From positions 64,001-128,000 of the forward strand of contig JBBRLJ010000004.1 in NCBI GenBank assembly GCA_038231435.1: DNA of 64,000 nucleotides, in the 5' to 3' direction. The position numbers were made by a program, and so were the translations under genes. Under the pieces are notes generated by a model. It did not search any database and was not told where the DNA came from. It was given only the letters and a program-made list of their open reading frames with translations. Positions 29,290 through 37,980 of the stretch are shown here, in pieces. The stretch is from Planctomycetota bacterium. Its GTDB lineage: Bacteria > Planctomycetota > UBA11346. Within the stretch, counting starts at the first letter, position 1. Every line of letters begins with the position of its first letter.

Positions 29290-29922
29290 CTACTCCACCC
29301 GTGTCTTCGTCTTGTTGTCCTTCCACCACGCTTCCCACGCGTCGTGCAGCACCTTCTTGTTCTCCTGGTGCCACTGCGCCCAGATGCGCGCCTCGGCGTC
29401 GAGCGGCAGGTCGTGCTTGTCGCGCACCGGGACCGGGGTCAGGCCGTTCGCGCCGGCAGGCTGCGCCGCGGCGGGGATCTCGCGGTGCTTGGTCAGCTCC
29501 TGGAGCGTCTTGTCGGCATGGAAGGCGACCAGCGGCTGATCGTCGACCAGCGCGGCGATCAGGTGTTCGACGCAGGTCTTGGTGCCGATCGATTGCAGGA
29601 CCTCGACGCAGCCCATGCGCACGCCCCAGTCGGTATCGGTGCGCATGGCATCAATGACCTTGGTCTCGATCGCCGAGCCGCGGCGGGTGAGTTTGCCCAC
29701 CGCCTCGTCGTAGAGCGCCGAGCCTTCGATGTCCTTGACGTCCTTGCCGCGCGCGAGCTGAGCGAGCTCGGCCTTGATGTCCTGTTCGGTGGTGTCCACC
29801 TTGGGCTGGGCATCGGCGTGGAAGATCGGATCGCGGTCCTCGCAACCGACGACGAACACCGCGCACGCGACCGCGGCCACCAGCCAACCCGTTATACCCA
29901 GACCGCTCGTGCGTCGACGCAT
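29290..29922 (-). CDS. HEAT-repeat lipoprotein
   Basis: Start ATG 29922 with GGAGG; lipobox VVGC; DTDWGVRM...LIAALVDDQPLVA HEAT-like repeats. Confidence 0.75.
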   Translation of the reverse strand: MRRRTSGLGITGWLVAAVACAVFVVGCEDRDPIFHADAQPKVDTTEQDIKAELAQLARGKDVKDIEGSALYDEAVGKLTRRGSAIETKVIDAMRTDTDWGVRMGCVEVLQSIGTKTCVEHLIAALVDDQPLVAFHADKTLQELTKHREIPAAAQPAGANGLTPVPVRDKHDLPLDAEARIWAQWHQENKKVLHDAWEAWWKDNKTKTRVE

Positions 29923-30064
29923 GGTGCCTCCGGCCGCGGATCCTCCCCCACCGGACGGTGAAGTCCAACCGCCGGCCCGAGCCCCGTTTCCTGGTGCACC
30001 ACGCGCCCGATGCACTCTGGCATCGTCTTTGTGTCCAGACGCGCCGCAGGCCGCGTCTCCAGAC

Positions 30065-31405
30065 CTACCTGCCCGTTTCTTCCTGGGGGGCAGGCCGAAG
30101 GCCGATGTTGGGGGGCCGTAGTCCCCCAACTGACAGCACCTCGAGCATGCTTCGCGCCTGCGTATCCGCGGGATCCGCCGAGAGCTCCTCGCGCAGCACC
30201 ACGCGCGCCTCGTCGAGCCGATCGTGCCGGACGAGCAGATCGGCGAGATGCAGCCGCGCCGCGCCCGTGCCTTGGCCGGCGGCTGCCACCGCCTGGCGGT
30301 AGAGCGCTTCGGCGCGTTCCCACGCCCCGGACTTGTCGGCGATCGCGCCGGCCCACACCAGCACGCCGGGGTCGAGCTCGCCCGCCGCCAGCAGCGGCTC
30401 GAGCGCATTCGCCGCCGCCGCGGTGTCGCCAGCGCGCAGCGCGATACGCGCTGCGAAGAGGCGTGCGTGACGGGTGCGGCTCTCCTCGGGCACGCGATCC
30501 AGCCATGCCAGCGCCTGCGGGGTATCGCCCGCCTCGGCGGCCGCGCGCGCCGCGGCGAGCAGCAGCGGCGGATCGATGGACTTGGCGTCGAGCGAGGCGG
30601 TGGCCAGCACGCGGAAGTTCACCAGCGCCGCCTGGGGCTGGCCGCTGCCCAGCTGGGCGTCGGCGAGCCGGCGTCGGTCGAAAGGTTCCTGGGACACCAG
30701 CCACGCCGCCTCGAGCGCGGCGAGCGCGGCCTGCTGATCGCCGCGGTCCTGCTCGGCCCAAGCGAGCTGGCGCCACAGGTCGGCGTTCTGGGGATCGTGC
30801 GCAAGCGCGCCACGCGCGGCGACCGCGGCCTCCGCCGAACGGCCCGAGCGCGTCAGCACCGCCACGTCGAGGCGGCGCACGCCCTGATCCGCCGGGAATC
30901 GCGCGAGCGCCTGCTGGTCGAGCACGGTGGCGAGACGCAGGTCATTCATCCCGAGCGCGGCCTGGGCGTAGAGCATCAGCGCCGGCGCGTCGGCGGTCGC
31001 CGGATCGCAATGCGCGGCCAGTAGCTGGATCGCCTCCGCCCACGCTTCATGCGCCGCCGATTGGCGCGCCAGCGCGAGCGCGGCCTCATGCAGCGACGGA
31101 TCGAGGCGCAGCGCGTCGCGGTATTCCTGAGTCGCTTCCGGCTCGTGGCCGAGGATCGACTGGGCGTGGCCGCGCGCCAACGCCACCAATGCGTGCGGCT
31201 TGCCCTGGTACGCCGCCAGGATCGCCCACTGCTCTGCGGGGTTGGTCGAGGCCTGGACCGCGCGCAGCACCCGCGCGACCTCCTCGGGCACGGTGCGCGC
31301 CTCGCTCGCGTGGGCGGGCGGCGCGGCGAGCACCACGAACACGACAACCAGGACCATCAGCCTCGACAGCCCCGATACCGATCCGTAGACGATGCGCGCG
31401 CTCAC
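30065..31405 (-). CDS. exported tetratricopeptide repeat protein (TtpD-like)
   Basis: Signal peptide and many TPR units (YRDALRLDP, ALARFPAD, ALAHDPQN); last gene of the TonB cluster. Confidence 0.85.
   Translation of the reverse strand: MSARIVYGSVSGLSRLMVLVVVFVVLAAPPAHASEARTVPEEVARVLRAVQASTNPAEQWAILAAYQGKPHALVALARGHAQSILGHEPEATQEYRDALRLDPSLHEAALALARQSAAHEAWAEAIQLLAAHCDPATADAPALMLYAQAALGMNDLRLATVLDQQALARFPADQGVRRLDVAVLTRSGRSAEAAVAARGALAHDPQNADLWRQLAWAEQDRGDQQAALAALEAAWLVSQEPFDRRRLADAQLGSGQPQAALVNFRVLATASLDAKSIDPPLLLAAARAAAEAGDTPQALAWLDRVPEESRTRHARLFAARIALRAGDTAAAANALEPLLAAGELDPGVLVWAGAIADKSGAWERAEALYRQAVAAAGQGTGAARLHLADLLVRHDRLDEARVVLREELSADPADTQARSMLEVLSVGGLRPPNIGLRPAPQEETGR
30082..30136 (-). 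repeat. REP-like double-hairpin element, copy B (inside TPR gene 3' end)
   Basis: Minus strand CTGTCA GTTGGGGGAC-TACG-GCCCCCCAAC ATC GGCC-TTC-GGCC TGCCCCCCAGG. Confidence 0.85.
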
Positions 31406-32115
31406 GGCGGGCTCCAGTGGACGGGATGCACCACCACCGACGGCACCGCCTGGCCACTACGCCGCTCGGGGCGGAAACGCAGACTCATGCCGAGCTTGCG
31501 CGCCTGCTCCTCGAATTCGCCCGGCGGATCGCTCGACAGCACCGCGCAATCGAGCACGCGGCCGTCGGCATCGATGGTCAAGCGCAGGCGCGTGTCGCCG
31601 GCGATGCCGCGGCGCAGCGCCGAGCGCGGATAGAAGCGCTCGAGATTGATGGGGCTCACCAGCTCGGGCATCGCATCGCCTGGGCCAAGCGCCGCCATCG
31701 CCGGAAGGCGGTCGTCGCTATCGGGGCCCGCGGCGCCGGCGGCGTCGCTGACGAATTCGGGAAGCGCCAGCGGCAGCACCGGCAACGCCGGCGCGGCGAG
31801 CTCGGAGGGCGCGCGTGGAAGCGTCGGACCCTGGTCGAGATCGGGCAGCTCGAGCGCCTGTGGCGGCACCGCCACCTGCGCCTCGGCGGCTGGAGCGCGC
31901 GCGGGCGCGGTGGGTTGCGGCGCCTCGACGGCGGGGTCGGCGAAGGTAATGCGCTGGATCGGCGGCAGCGCGATCGTCTCGAGCACCGGTTGAGCGCGCG
32001 AGATCCATGCCAGCGTCAAGACCAGGGCCGCGTTGGTCGCGACCGCCGCGGCGATCGCGATGACTGCCACACGCGTCGGGCGCTGCCGTGATCGCGAGAT
32101 GGGGCGCTGGATCAT
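31402..32115 (-). CDS. tonB: energy transducer TonB
   Basis: N-terminal TM, Pro-rich linker, YPRSALRRGIAG..RL.IDADGRV, F.P...G..V; ATGA overlap gives start 32115. Confidence 0.9.
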   Translation of the reverse strand: MIQRPISRSRQRPTRVAVIAIAAAVATNAALVLTLAWISRAQPVLETIALPPIQRITFADPAVEAPQPTAPARAPAAEAQVAVPPQALELPDLDQGPTLPRAPSELAAPALPVLPLALPEFVSDAAGAAGPDSDDRLPAMAALGPGDAMPELVSPINLERFYPRSALRRGIAGDTRLRLTIDADGRVLDCAVLSSDPPGEFEEQARKLGMSLRFRPERRSGQAVPSVVVHPVHWSPP

Positions 32116-32537
32116 TGCGACCCTCCGCGCTGGGCGGCGAGATCGACGCGCGCGGCGCCGCCGTCGCGGCACAGGTCCATGACGTGCAGAGTCAGGCCGA
32201 CCGGCGCCTCGCGGTCTGAGAGCACCACCACGCGCGTCGCGCCGCGGTCGCGCAGCACCCGCGAGACCTCCTCGGGCAGCGCTTCCGGCGAGACCTCGCG
32301 CCCGCCGCAGTGCACCGAACCCGAACCGGTGATCGCCACCGTGACGTAGCTGTCCGCGGCGTCCTCGGCGCGATCGGAGCGCGGGCGATCGACGCTCACC
32401 GCCGATTCGGTGACGAACGTCGACGTGGCGATCAGGAAGATCAGCAGGATGAGCACGATGTCAATGAAGTTGGTGACATCGATGCGCGCCGCCGGGCGTT
32501 CACCAGCGCTGCGACTGAGCACGCGCAGGCCCCTCAT
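32112..32537 (-). CDS. exbD: biopolymer transporter ExbD
   Basis: IDVTNFIDIVLILLIFLI (conserved TM Asp), V.RP, SDREAP.G..VMD. Confidence 0.92.
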   Translation of the reverse strand: MRGLRVLSRSAGERPAARIDVTNFIDIVLILLIFLIATSTFVTESAVSVDRPRSDRAEDAADSYVTVAITGSGSVHCGGREVSPEALPEEVSRVLRDRGATRVVVLSDREAPVGLTLHVMDLCRDGGAARVDLAAQRGGSQ

Positions 32538-32983
32538 GAGCGATCTCCCCGCGCGAGGCGGGCCCGGCGCACGAGCCACCAGTGCAGTACGATGCCCGGC
32601 ACGGCCGCGGCGAGGCCGAACTCGGTGGTGATGAGCGCCTCACCGACGCCCTTGGCCGCGGCATGGCCGCGCACGCCGAAGGCGGCGAGATCGAAGGTGC
32701 GCATGATCCCCCCGACGCTGCCGAGCAGGCCGAGCAGCGGCAGGATCGACACCAGCGCGTGGATCAGCGACAGGCCCGCGCTGGGATCGCCGTAGGTCTC
32801 GGCACCGCGATCGTCTTCACCTCCCTGGGGAGTGCGGCGGGGAGAGCGCCGGAAGGTCAGCATGCGGTGCACGATCAGCGCGTAGAGCGACAGCGACACC
32901 GCCAGGATCGCCGGCATCAGCGGGCCCCCGGCCGCGAACCATGCCGCCGTCTGCGACCCCAGTTGTGACATCAGGGCATTCAT
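32534..32983 (-). CDS. exbB: MotA/TolQ/ExbB proton channel protein (short)
   Basis: GGPLM, LPLLGLLGSVGGIM.TF, GVGEALITTEFGL; start ATG 32983 by ATGA overlap. Confidence 0.88.
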   Translation of the reverse strand: MNALMSQLGSQTAAWFAAGGPLMPAILAVSLSLYALIVHRMLTFRRSPRRTPQGGEDDRGAETYGDPSAGLSLIHALVSILPLLGLLGSVGGIMRTFDLAAFGVRGHAAAKGVGEALITTEFGLAAAVPGIVLHWWLVRRARLARGDRS

Positions 32984-34365
32984 GGCCGGATGCGTTCGAT
33001 CTCGGTGTCGTAGCGGCCGGGGATCGGCGCTGGGCGATCGCGCCCGACCATCGCCGCCGCCGCCTCCTCGAGCGCCAGGGCGCGGCGTTCGCGCAGGCGC
33101 GAACACCATGCGTGCCCGACCAGCAGCGGCACCGCCACCATCAGTCCGAACTGGGTCGTCACCAGCGCCACTGAGATGTGGCCCGAGAGCAGCCGCGGAT
33201 TGCCCGAACCGTGTTCGGCGATGGTGGCGAACATGCCAATCATCCCCGAGACCGTGCCGAGCAGGCCGAGCAGCGGCGCGCACGCAGCGAGCGCGGCGAG
33301 CAGCGACAGGCCGCGGTCGAGCGCAGGCTCCTCGGCAAGGAGCGCGCGCCCGAGCGCGGCCTCGCGCGCTTCGCGACCATCGCCCGAGGACGCCACGCCG
33401 GCCGCGAGCACGCGTTCGAGCGGCAGGGCCGGGATGGCGAGGATATCCTCGGGAGCGCCTTTATCGAGCTTTGCGCGCGCGGCAGCGATCGCCGCGGCGG
33501 GATCGCCGGAGCGCGTGCGCGCGTACCACCAGGCTCGCTCGATCATGATCGCGAATCCGCACAGGCCGGTGGCCAAGATCGGCCACATGAAGAATCCGCC
33601 CGAGGCGAACCATTCCGAGAACCCGAGGGACTCGCCGTGGTGGGCGCGTGCGATGGAACCGTCGAGGTCGAGCGGCACGCCCACCAATCCCCCGCGAGAA
33701 CCTCCCGCGGCGCCGCTGGCGAGCCGCGCGCGATCGATCAGCGCGGAGCTGGGCAGCTCTGGACCCGACACCATGCCCCGTCCGCTGGTGGTGGAGGCGA
33801 GCAATCCCCGGGCGCGCGCGGTGGCGCCGTAGGCGATCATCGCGGCGTTGCCGAGCCGCAGCACCTGGGCGTGCGTCGGCACGCCGTCGCGGTCGAGGAT
33901 CTCCTCGTCCCCCAGGCGGCAGCCGAGGCCGTCGGCGATGCGCGCGGCGCGCACAGAAATGGCGTCGAGTACCCTTGGCATGGCCGCGACGTCGGGCACG
34001 CCCAGTGGCGGGGTCAACCGCGCAGCGGCGTAGAGCTGGATCACCGCGCCGCGCAGTGCTTGCTCGTCCTGGCCCGCGGTGGCTCCGGCGCGGCGCAGCT
34101 GGTCCTCGGCGGTGGCGCGCGCGCGCGCGCTGGCTGCGGCCTCGGTGCGCGCGTCCTCGAGATGCTGATAGGCGTCCGCGAGCTGACGCGCGAGCTCGGC
34201 CCGTTCGCCCAGGATGCGTGTGCGCCCTTCCTTCAACAGCTGCTCGGCGGATGCGCGCGTCTCGGTCGCGTCGCTGGCGACATCCGCCCCCGGTACCGCG
34301 ACACGCAACGTCGACAGCAGAGCCATCGCCAGGAGCAGCGTGCCGCCGCGCGGAAGCCCGCTCAT
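32980..34365 (-). CDS. large MotA/TolQ/ExbB protein with periplasmic N-terminal domain (TtpC-like)
   Basis: Signal peptide, coiled coil, then GGFFMWPI, APLLGLLGTVSGMI.MF, GNPRLLSG.ISVALVTTQFGL; start ATG 34365. Confidence 0.85.
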   Translation of the reverse strand: MSGLPRGGTLLLAMALLSTLRVAVPGADVASDATETRASAEQLLKEGRTRILGERAELARQLADAYQHLEDARTEAAASARARATAEDQLRRAGATAGQDEQALRGAVIQLYAAARLTPPLGVPDVAAMPRVLDAISVRAARIADGLGCRLGDEEILDRDGVPTHAQVLRLGNAAMIAYGATARARGLLASTTSGRGMVSGPELPSSALIDRARLASGAAGGSRGGLVGVPLDLDGSIARAHHGESLGFSEWFASGGFFMWPILATGLCGFAIMIERAWWYARTRSGDPAAAIAAARAKLDKGAPEDILAIPALPLERVLAAGVASSGDGREAREAALGRALLAEEPALDRGLSLLAALAACAPLLGLLGTVSGMIGMFATIAEHGSGNPRLLSGHISVALVTTQFGLMVAVPLLVGHAWCSRLRERRALALEEAAAAMVGRDRPAPIPGRYDTEIERIRP

Positions 34366-35243
34366 CGCCGGTCGCCCGAGGGACCAACGAGGGCGGGTCC
34401 GACGACGGGATCGGAGGCGGAATCGGAGGCGGGAAGCGCGTCCTTCTTCGCGCCAGGCGCGACCGGAGCGCTCGGACCCGACGCTGGTGCGTCCAGGGAG
34501 ATCGCGGATGCGCGCAGCGGCAGCACGAACAACTCGGGTGGGCGTGAGCCCTGGGTGGTGGCGATGGCGTGGCGGATCGCCTGGGCGAACGCCGGATCCG
34601 ACACCACCTCGAGCGTCGGAGGCGCGTCGGCCCCCGCCGGCGTGGCGACGCCCGAGCGCGGTCCGTCGATCTCCGACCACCATCCGAGCCCAGCGACGCG
34701 CAGCAGGGTCACGGCGCGGCGCTGACCATCGAGCATCCCCTCGGCGATCTCGACCGCCGATGTGGACGCCGAGCGCTCGGCGGCCTCAAGCGCGCGGATC
34801 GCGGCGGCGAACGCGGCGCGCGGCTCACCCTCGCCCGATGGCACAGATACCGCGCCGGGTGCACTCGCCGATTTCGCGCGCGCCAGCGCGGCATCGATGG
34901 CACGCGCCTGCGCGGAGAAGACCTCGTCGAGCGCGTCGAGCCGGCGCCGCGATGCACCAGCCGTCGCCACTTCCTGGGCGAGCGTGGCGGTGGCCTCGCG
35001 CGCATTCGCGGCATCCGCGCGCAGCCGCGACACCTGGCTCTGCACGGTATCGAGCAACGCGTAGGTGCGCTCGCTCTCTGCCTGCCACTCCTGCCATTCA
35101 CGAGCGAGACCAGCGCGCGCGACGTTCGCGGCGCGCAGATCCTCGAGCGCCGCCGCGGCGCCATCGACCGCGGGAGCGGGCTCGGCACCGATCAGCGCGG
35201 CCGCGAACAGCAACGAAGCCAGAGAGCGGATGAGGTCAGTCAT
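34362..35243 (-). CDS. DUF3450-like exported coiled-coil protein (TtpB-like)
   Basis: Signal peptide, coiled coil, VTLLRVAGLGWW and PELFVLP motifs; first gene of the TonB cluster. Confidence 0.65.
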   Translation of the reverse strand: MTDLIRSLASLLFAAALIGAEPAPAVDGAAAALEDLRAANVARAGLAREWQEWQAESERTYALLDTVQSQVSRLRADAANAREATATLAQEVATAGASRRRLDALDEVFSAQARAIDAALARAKSASAPGAVSVPSGEGEPRAAFAAAIRALEAAERSASTSAVEIAEGMLDGQRRAVTLLRVAGLGWWSEIDGPRSGVATPAGADAPPTLEVVSDPAFAQAIRHAIATTQGSRPPELFVLPLRASAISLDAPASGPSAPVAPGAKKDALPASDSASDPVVGPALVGPSGDRR

Positions 35244-35266
35244 GGAGGCAGGGAGCAGTGGTTGGT

Positions 35267-35390
35267 GGTTGTCGGGCTTCCGTCTTCGATCTTCGATCTT
35301 CCGTCTTCCCTCTTCGATCTCCGTCTCTCCAGCACAGCTGGCGAATGACGAGGGAGACCGGAGAAGATGGAAGACGGAAGACTGAAGAGC
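35267..35390. repeat. inverted heptamer array element 5 (CTTC arm then GAAG arm)
   Basis: GGTTGTC GGGCTTC CGTCTTC GATCTTC GATCTTC CGTCTTC CCTCTTC GATCTCC ... GAAGATG GAAGACG GAAGACT GAAGAGC. Confidence 0.9.
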
Positions 35391-35402
35391 ATTCTCCTCT
35401 CC

Positions 35403-36926
35403 TCACGGCCACGATGGGACGATCGCCACGCCGGGATAGAAGCGGGCGAGGATGGCTTCGGCTTGATCGCCGTCGGTGGCCATCTTCCACGCGCTGACCT
35501 GGGACAGGCCGACGCCGTGGCCGAAACCGCGGCCGGCGAGCACCAGTGTCCCGCCGGTGGCGCCCTTGCCGGCGGCCATCACGCAGCGGTCCCACCAGGT
35601 CGAACGCACCAGGCCCGGTCCGACGGCCATGCGGAAATCCGCGGCCGACAGCAGCGTGGTGAATTCCTTCTTTCCGATGCGATGGCGGATGGAGACGGTG
35701 GCGACCCGGCCCGAATCGGCGAAGCGCTGGCCGGGCTTGACCTCGAGCACCGTGCCGAAGGTCAGCCGCGATTCGGGATGCTCGCGTGTCCAATCGGCGA
35801 GTCCGCTGGTGATGTCCGCCAACGGCACGTTGACCTTCCATTGCCAGTGCGTCTCGAGCATGCGCAGCGCAGCGGCGCCGCCGCGTGCGGACGGATCGTC
35901 GACCACCGGCATCGCCGGCGTCGCGCTGCCACCGTCGGCGCCGCGTAGTTCTGGCCACAGGTTCGCGGCCGACTCGGTGCGCCCGCCCGAGCAGGCGTGG
36001 AACAGAGCCGGCACCGGCGAGCCGTGATACTCGAGCACCCTGCCGCGCGTGGCGTCGAGCGCCTGGTGGACTCCGGCATAGCGTTTCGCCGGACAGCCGC
36101 CGTAGGCCATGTCCACGCTGTAGTGCCAATGCAGCTGCCAGGCCGAGGCGGCACGATCGAGGTAATGCGCCGAGGCGTAGCTGCGCGCCGCGACCGCCTG
36201 GGCCTTGAGCGCTTCGAGCGGCCAACTCGGCACCATCTCGGTCGGCAGCACGCCGGCCAGGTAGGTCTCCATCGGTACCAGTTCGATCAGCTGGACGCGT
36301 CCGGTACGATCGAGGTGCAGGACCGGGCTGCCCGAGAAGCGCAGGCTCTGCGGCTTGCCGATCGGCGGAGTCAGCCGCGCGGCGAAGCGCGCGCCATCGG
36401 ATCCCGGCGCCGCATCGAGCGCGAGGGTGATGTCGGCAGCGCAGGCGACGCCATTGATGCTGATCCCTCGTCCATCCGAGGATGGTTGCGCCACGTAGAT
36501 CCCGGGCGAGACGGGCGTGGATCCGAGATGACCCGACGCGAGCAGCGTGAATTCGACGCTGGAGCCTGATTGCAGCAGCACGCGGATGATCGGCTCGGTG
36601 GCGATCGACGCGCGCGGCGCCATCGGCCGCGAGCCTTGCGGCGCTGACGGGAGTGGATCGGGAGCCGGAACCGCGCTCTGGGCACCCGCCGGAGGCGCCA
36701 CCTGGTACGGCGCCTCGACGCTGTCGGATGGCTCGCCATGCTTACCGCGCGACGCGCACGCCACCGGAGACAGCATGGCCAACGCCATGAACGTGAACGC
36801 GATTGCCGGGGGCAGCCACAGGCGGCGGTCCGCGAACACGCCGCGCGCCTCGCCCACTATTCTTCCCAGGACCCTGCCGAGGTTCCTGCCGAGGTCTCCG
36901 ATCACCTGCCGCGCGCCGCTGGACAT
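35403..36926 (-). CDS. SpoIID/LytB domain protein (second paralog)
   Basis: METYLAGVLPTEM, EALKAQAVAARSY, FHACSGGRTE, GRGFGHGVGLSQ, ILARFYPG. Confidence 0.92.
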   Translation of the reverse strand: MSSGARQVIGDLGRNLGRVLGRIVGEARGVFADRRLWLPPAIAFTFMALAMLSPVACASRGKHGEPSDSVEAPYQVAPPAGAQSAVPAPDPLPSAPQGSRPMAPRASIATEPIIRVLLQSGSSVEFTLLASGHLGSTPVSPGIYVAQPSSDGRGISINGVACAADITLALDAAPGSDGARFAARLTPPIGKPQSLRFSGSPVLHLDRTGRVQLIELVPMETYLAGVLPTEMVPSWPLEALKAQAVAARSYASAHYLDRAASAWQLHWHYSVDMAYGGCPAKRYAGVHQALDATRGRVLEYHGSPVPALFHACSGGRTESAANLWPELRGADGGSATPAMPVVDDPSARGGAAALRMLETHWQWKVNVPLADITSGLADWTREHPESRLTFGTVLEVKPGQRFADSGRVATVSIRHRIGKKEFTTLLSAADFRMAVGPGLVRSTWWDRCVMAAGKGATGGTLVLAGRGFGHGVGLSQVSAWKMATDGDQAEAILARFYPGVAIVPSWP

Positions 36927-36953
36927 GCGGGAAGCATGCCGCGAAAAGACCGT

Positions 36954-37799
36954 TCAGCCATGATTGATCGTGGCGGGCGCGGTGAAAACCCCGCTCCAGC
37001 CGTCCCAGGCCATGACCACGTCCGGGGGCAGGCGACGAGCCCACTCGGCGTGGCGCACCTCGTGGCCCATGTGGGTGAGCACCGTGTGCTTCGGCGCGAG
37101 CCGGCGGATGACCGCCTCGGCCTCGGCCCAGCACAGGTGGGTGGGGTGCGGCTCCTCGCGCAGCATGTCGAGGACCAGCAGATCGAGCCCGCGCAGATGG
37201 CGGTCCGCCGAGGACGGCAGCTCCTTCAGGTCGGTGAGGTAGGCGAGCGTGCCGCAGCGGAAGCCGGTGGTGCGCCCCCCAGGGCCATGGCTCATCGCGA
37301 AGGGAATGGTCTCGAGCCCGCAGATGCCGGTAGGAACGTCGTCCGAGAGTTCGCGCGCCACCAGCGATGGCGAGCCCATGTGGTAGAGCTCGTCGCGCGA
37401 TCCGAAGCAGAACGGGAACATCGCCACCAGCCGCTCGAGATGGTCGGGATGGCCGTACACCGGGATGCTCTGGCCCTTCATCAGGCGGTTGAGATGGCGC
37501 AGGTCGTTGATGCCGTGGGAATGGTCGGCGTGGTCGTGGGTGAGCAGCACCCCGTCGCAACGGGTGATGCAGCGCGCGGGATAGCCGAGTCCGTCCCAAT
37601 CGCGATGCGGGTCGCGCATCTGATGCATGAGGTCAGGACCGCAATCGATCAGCAGGGTCTGGCCCTTGGGGCCGATCAGGACCGCTCCGGAACGGCGGCG
37701 GAGATCCTTCGGATCGGAGGACCACATCGCCGGGTAGCCCCAGGGTGGGTTGCCGTGGCTGGTGCCGCAGCCGGTGATGACGATCTGCCAGGAGGGCAT
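36954..37799 (-). CDS. MBL-fold metallo-hydrolase (PhnP-like phosphodiesterase)
   Basis: GCGTSHG.P, IDCGPD, THDHADHSHG..DLR, AYLTD, HPTH, THMGH. Confidence 0.9.
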   Translation of the reverse strand: MPSWQIVITGCGTSHGNPPWGYPAMWSSDPKDLRRRSGAVLIGPKGQTLLIDCGPDLMHQMRDPHRDWDGLGYPARCITRCDGVLLTHDHADHSHGINDLRHLNRLMKGQSIPVYGHPDHLERLVAMFPFCFGSRDELYHMGSPSLVARELSDDVPTGICGLETIPFAMSHGPGGRTTGFRCGTLAYLTDLKELPSSADRHLRGLDLLVLDMLREEPHPTHLCWAEAEAVIRRLAPKHTVLTHMGHEVRHAEWARRLPPDVVMAWDGWSGVFTAPATINHG

Positions 37800-37805
37800 G
37801 GCGGG

Positions 37806-37811
37806 AGCTTA
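37806..37811 (-). promoter_or_regulatory. putative -10 box (TAAGCT) of a leaderless transcript
   Basis: TAAGCT, 6 nt, then ATG 37799. Confidence 0.55.
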
Positions 37812-37868
37812 GTTCGGGGGACGGGGGGAAGCTAGATGGGAGGGGTGGATGGCTGACAGGGGTGGGAT

Positions 37869-37936
37869 GGGGGGGGGGGGGGGAATTGGGAAGGGAAGAC
37901 GGAAGACGGAAGAGTGAAGAGTGAAGACTGAAGACC
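37869..37936 (+). repeat. heptamer array element 6 (solo GAAG arm) preceded by G15 run
   Basis: G15 at 37869-37883, then GAAGACG GAAGACG GAAGAGT GAAGAGT GAAGACT GAAGACC at 37895-37936. Confidence 0.85.
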
Positions 37937-37980
37937 GGAGACAAGACGGAGCGAGACTCAGAAGCTCCCCTGCGTCCTCC

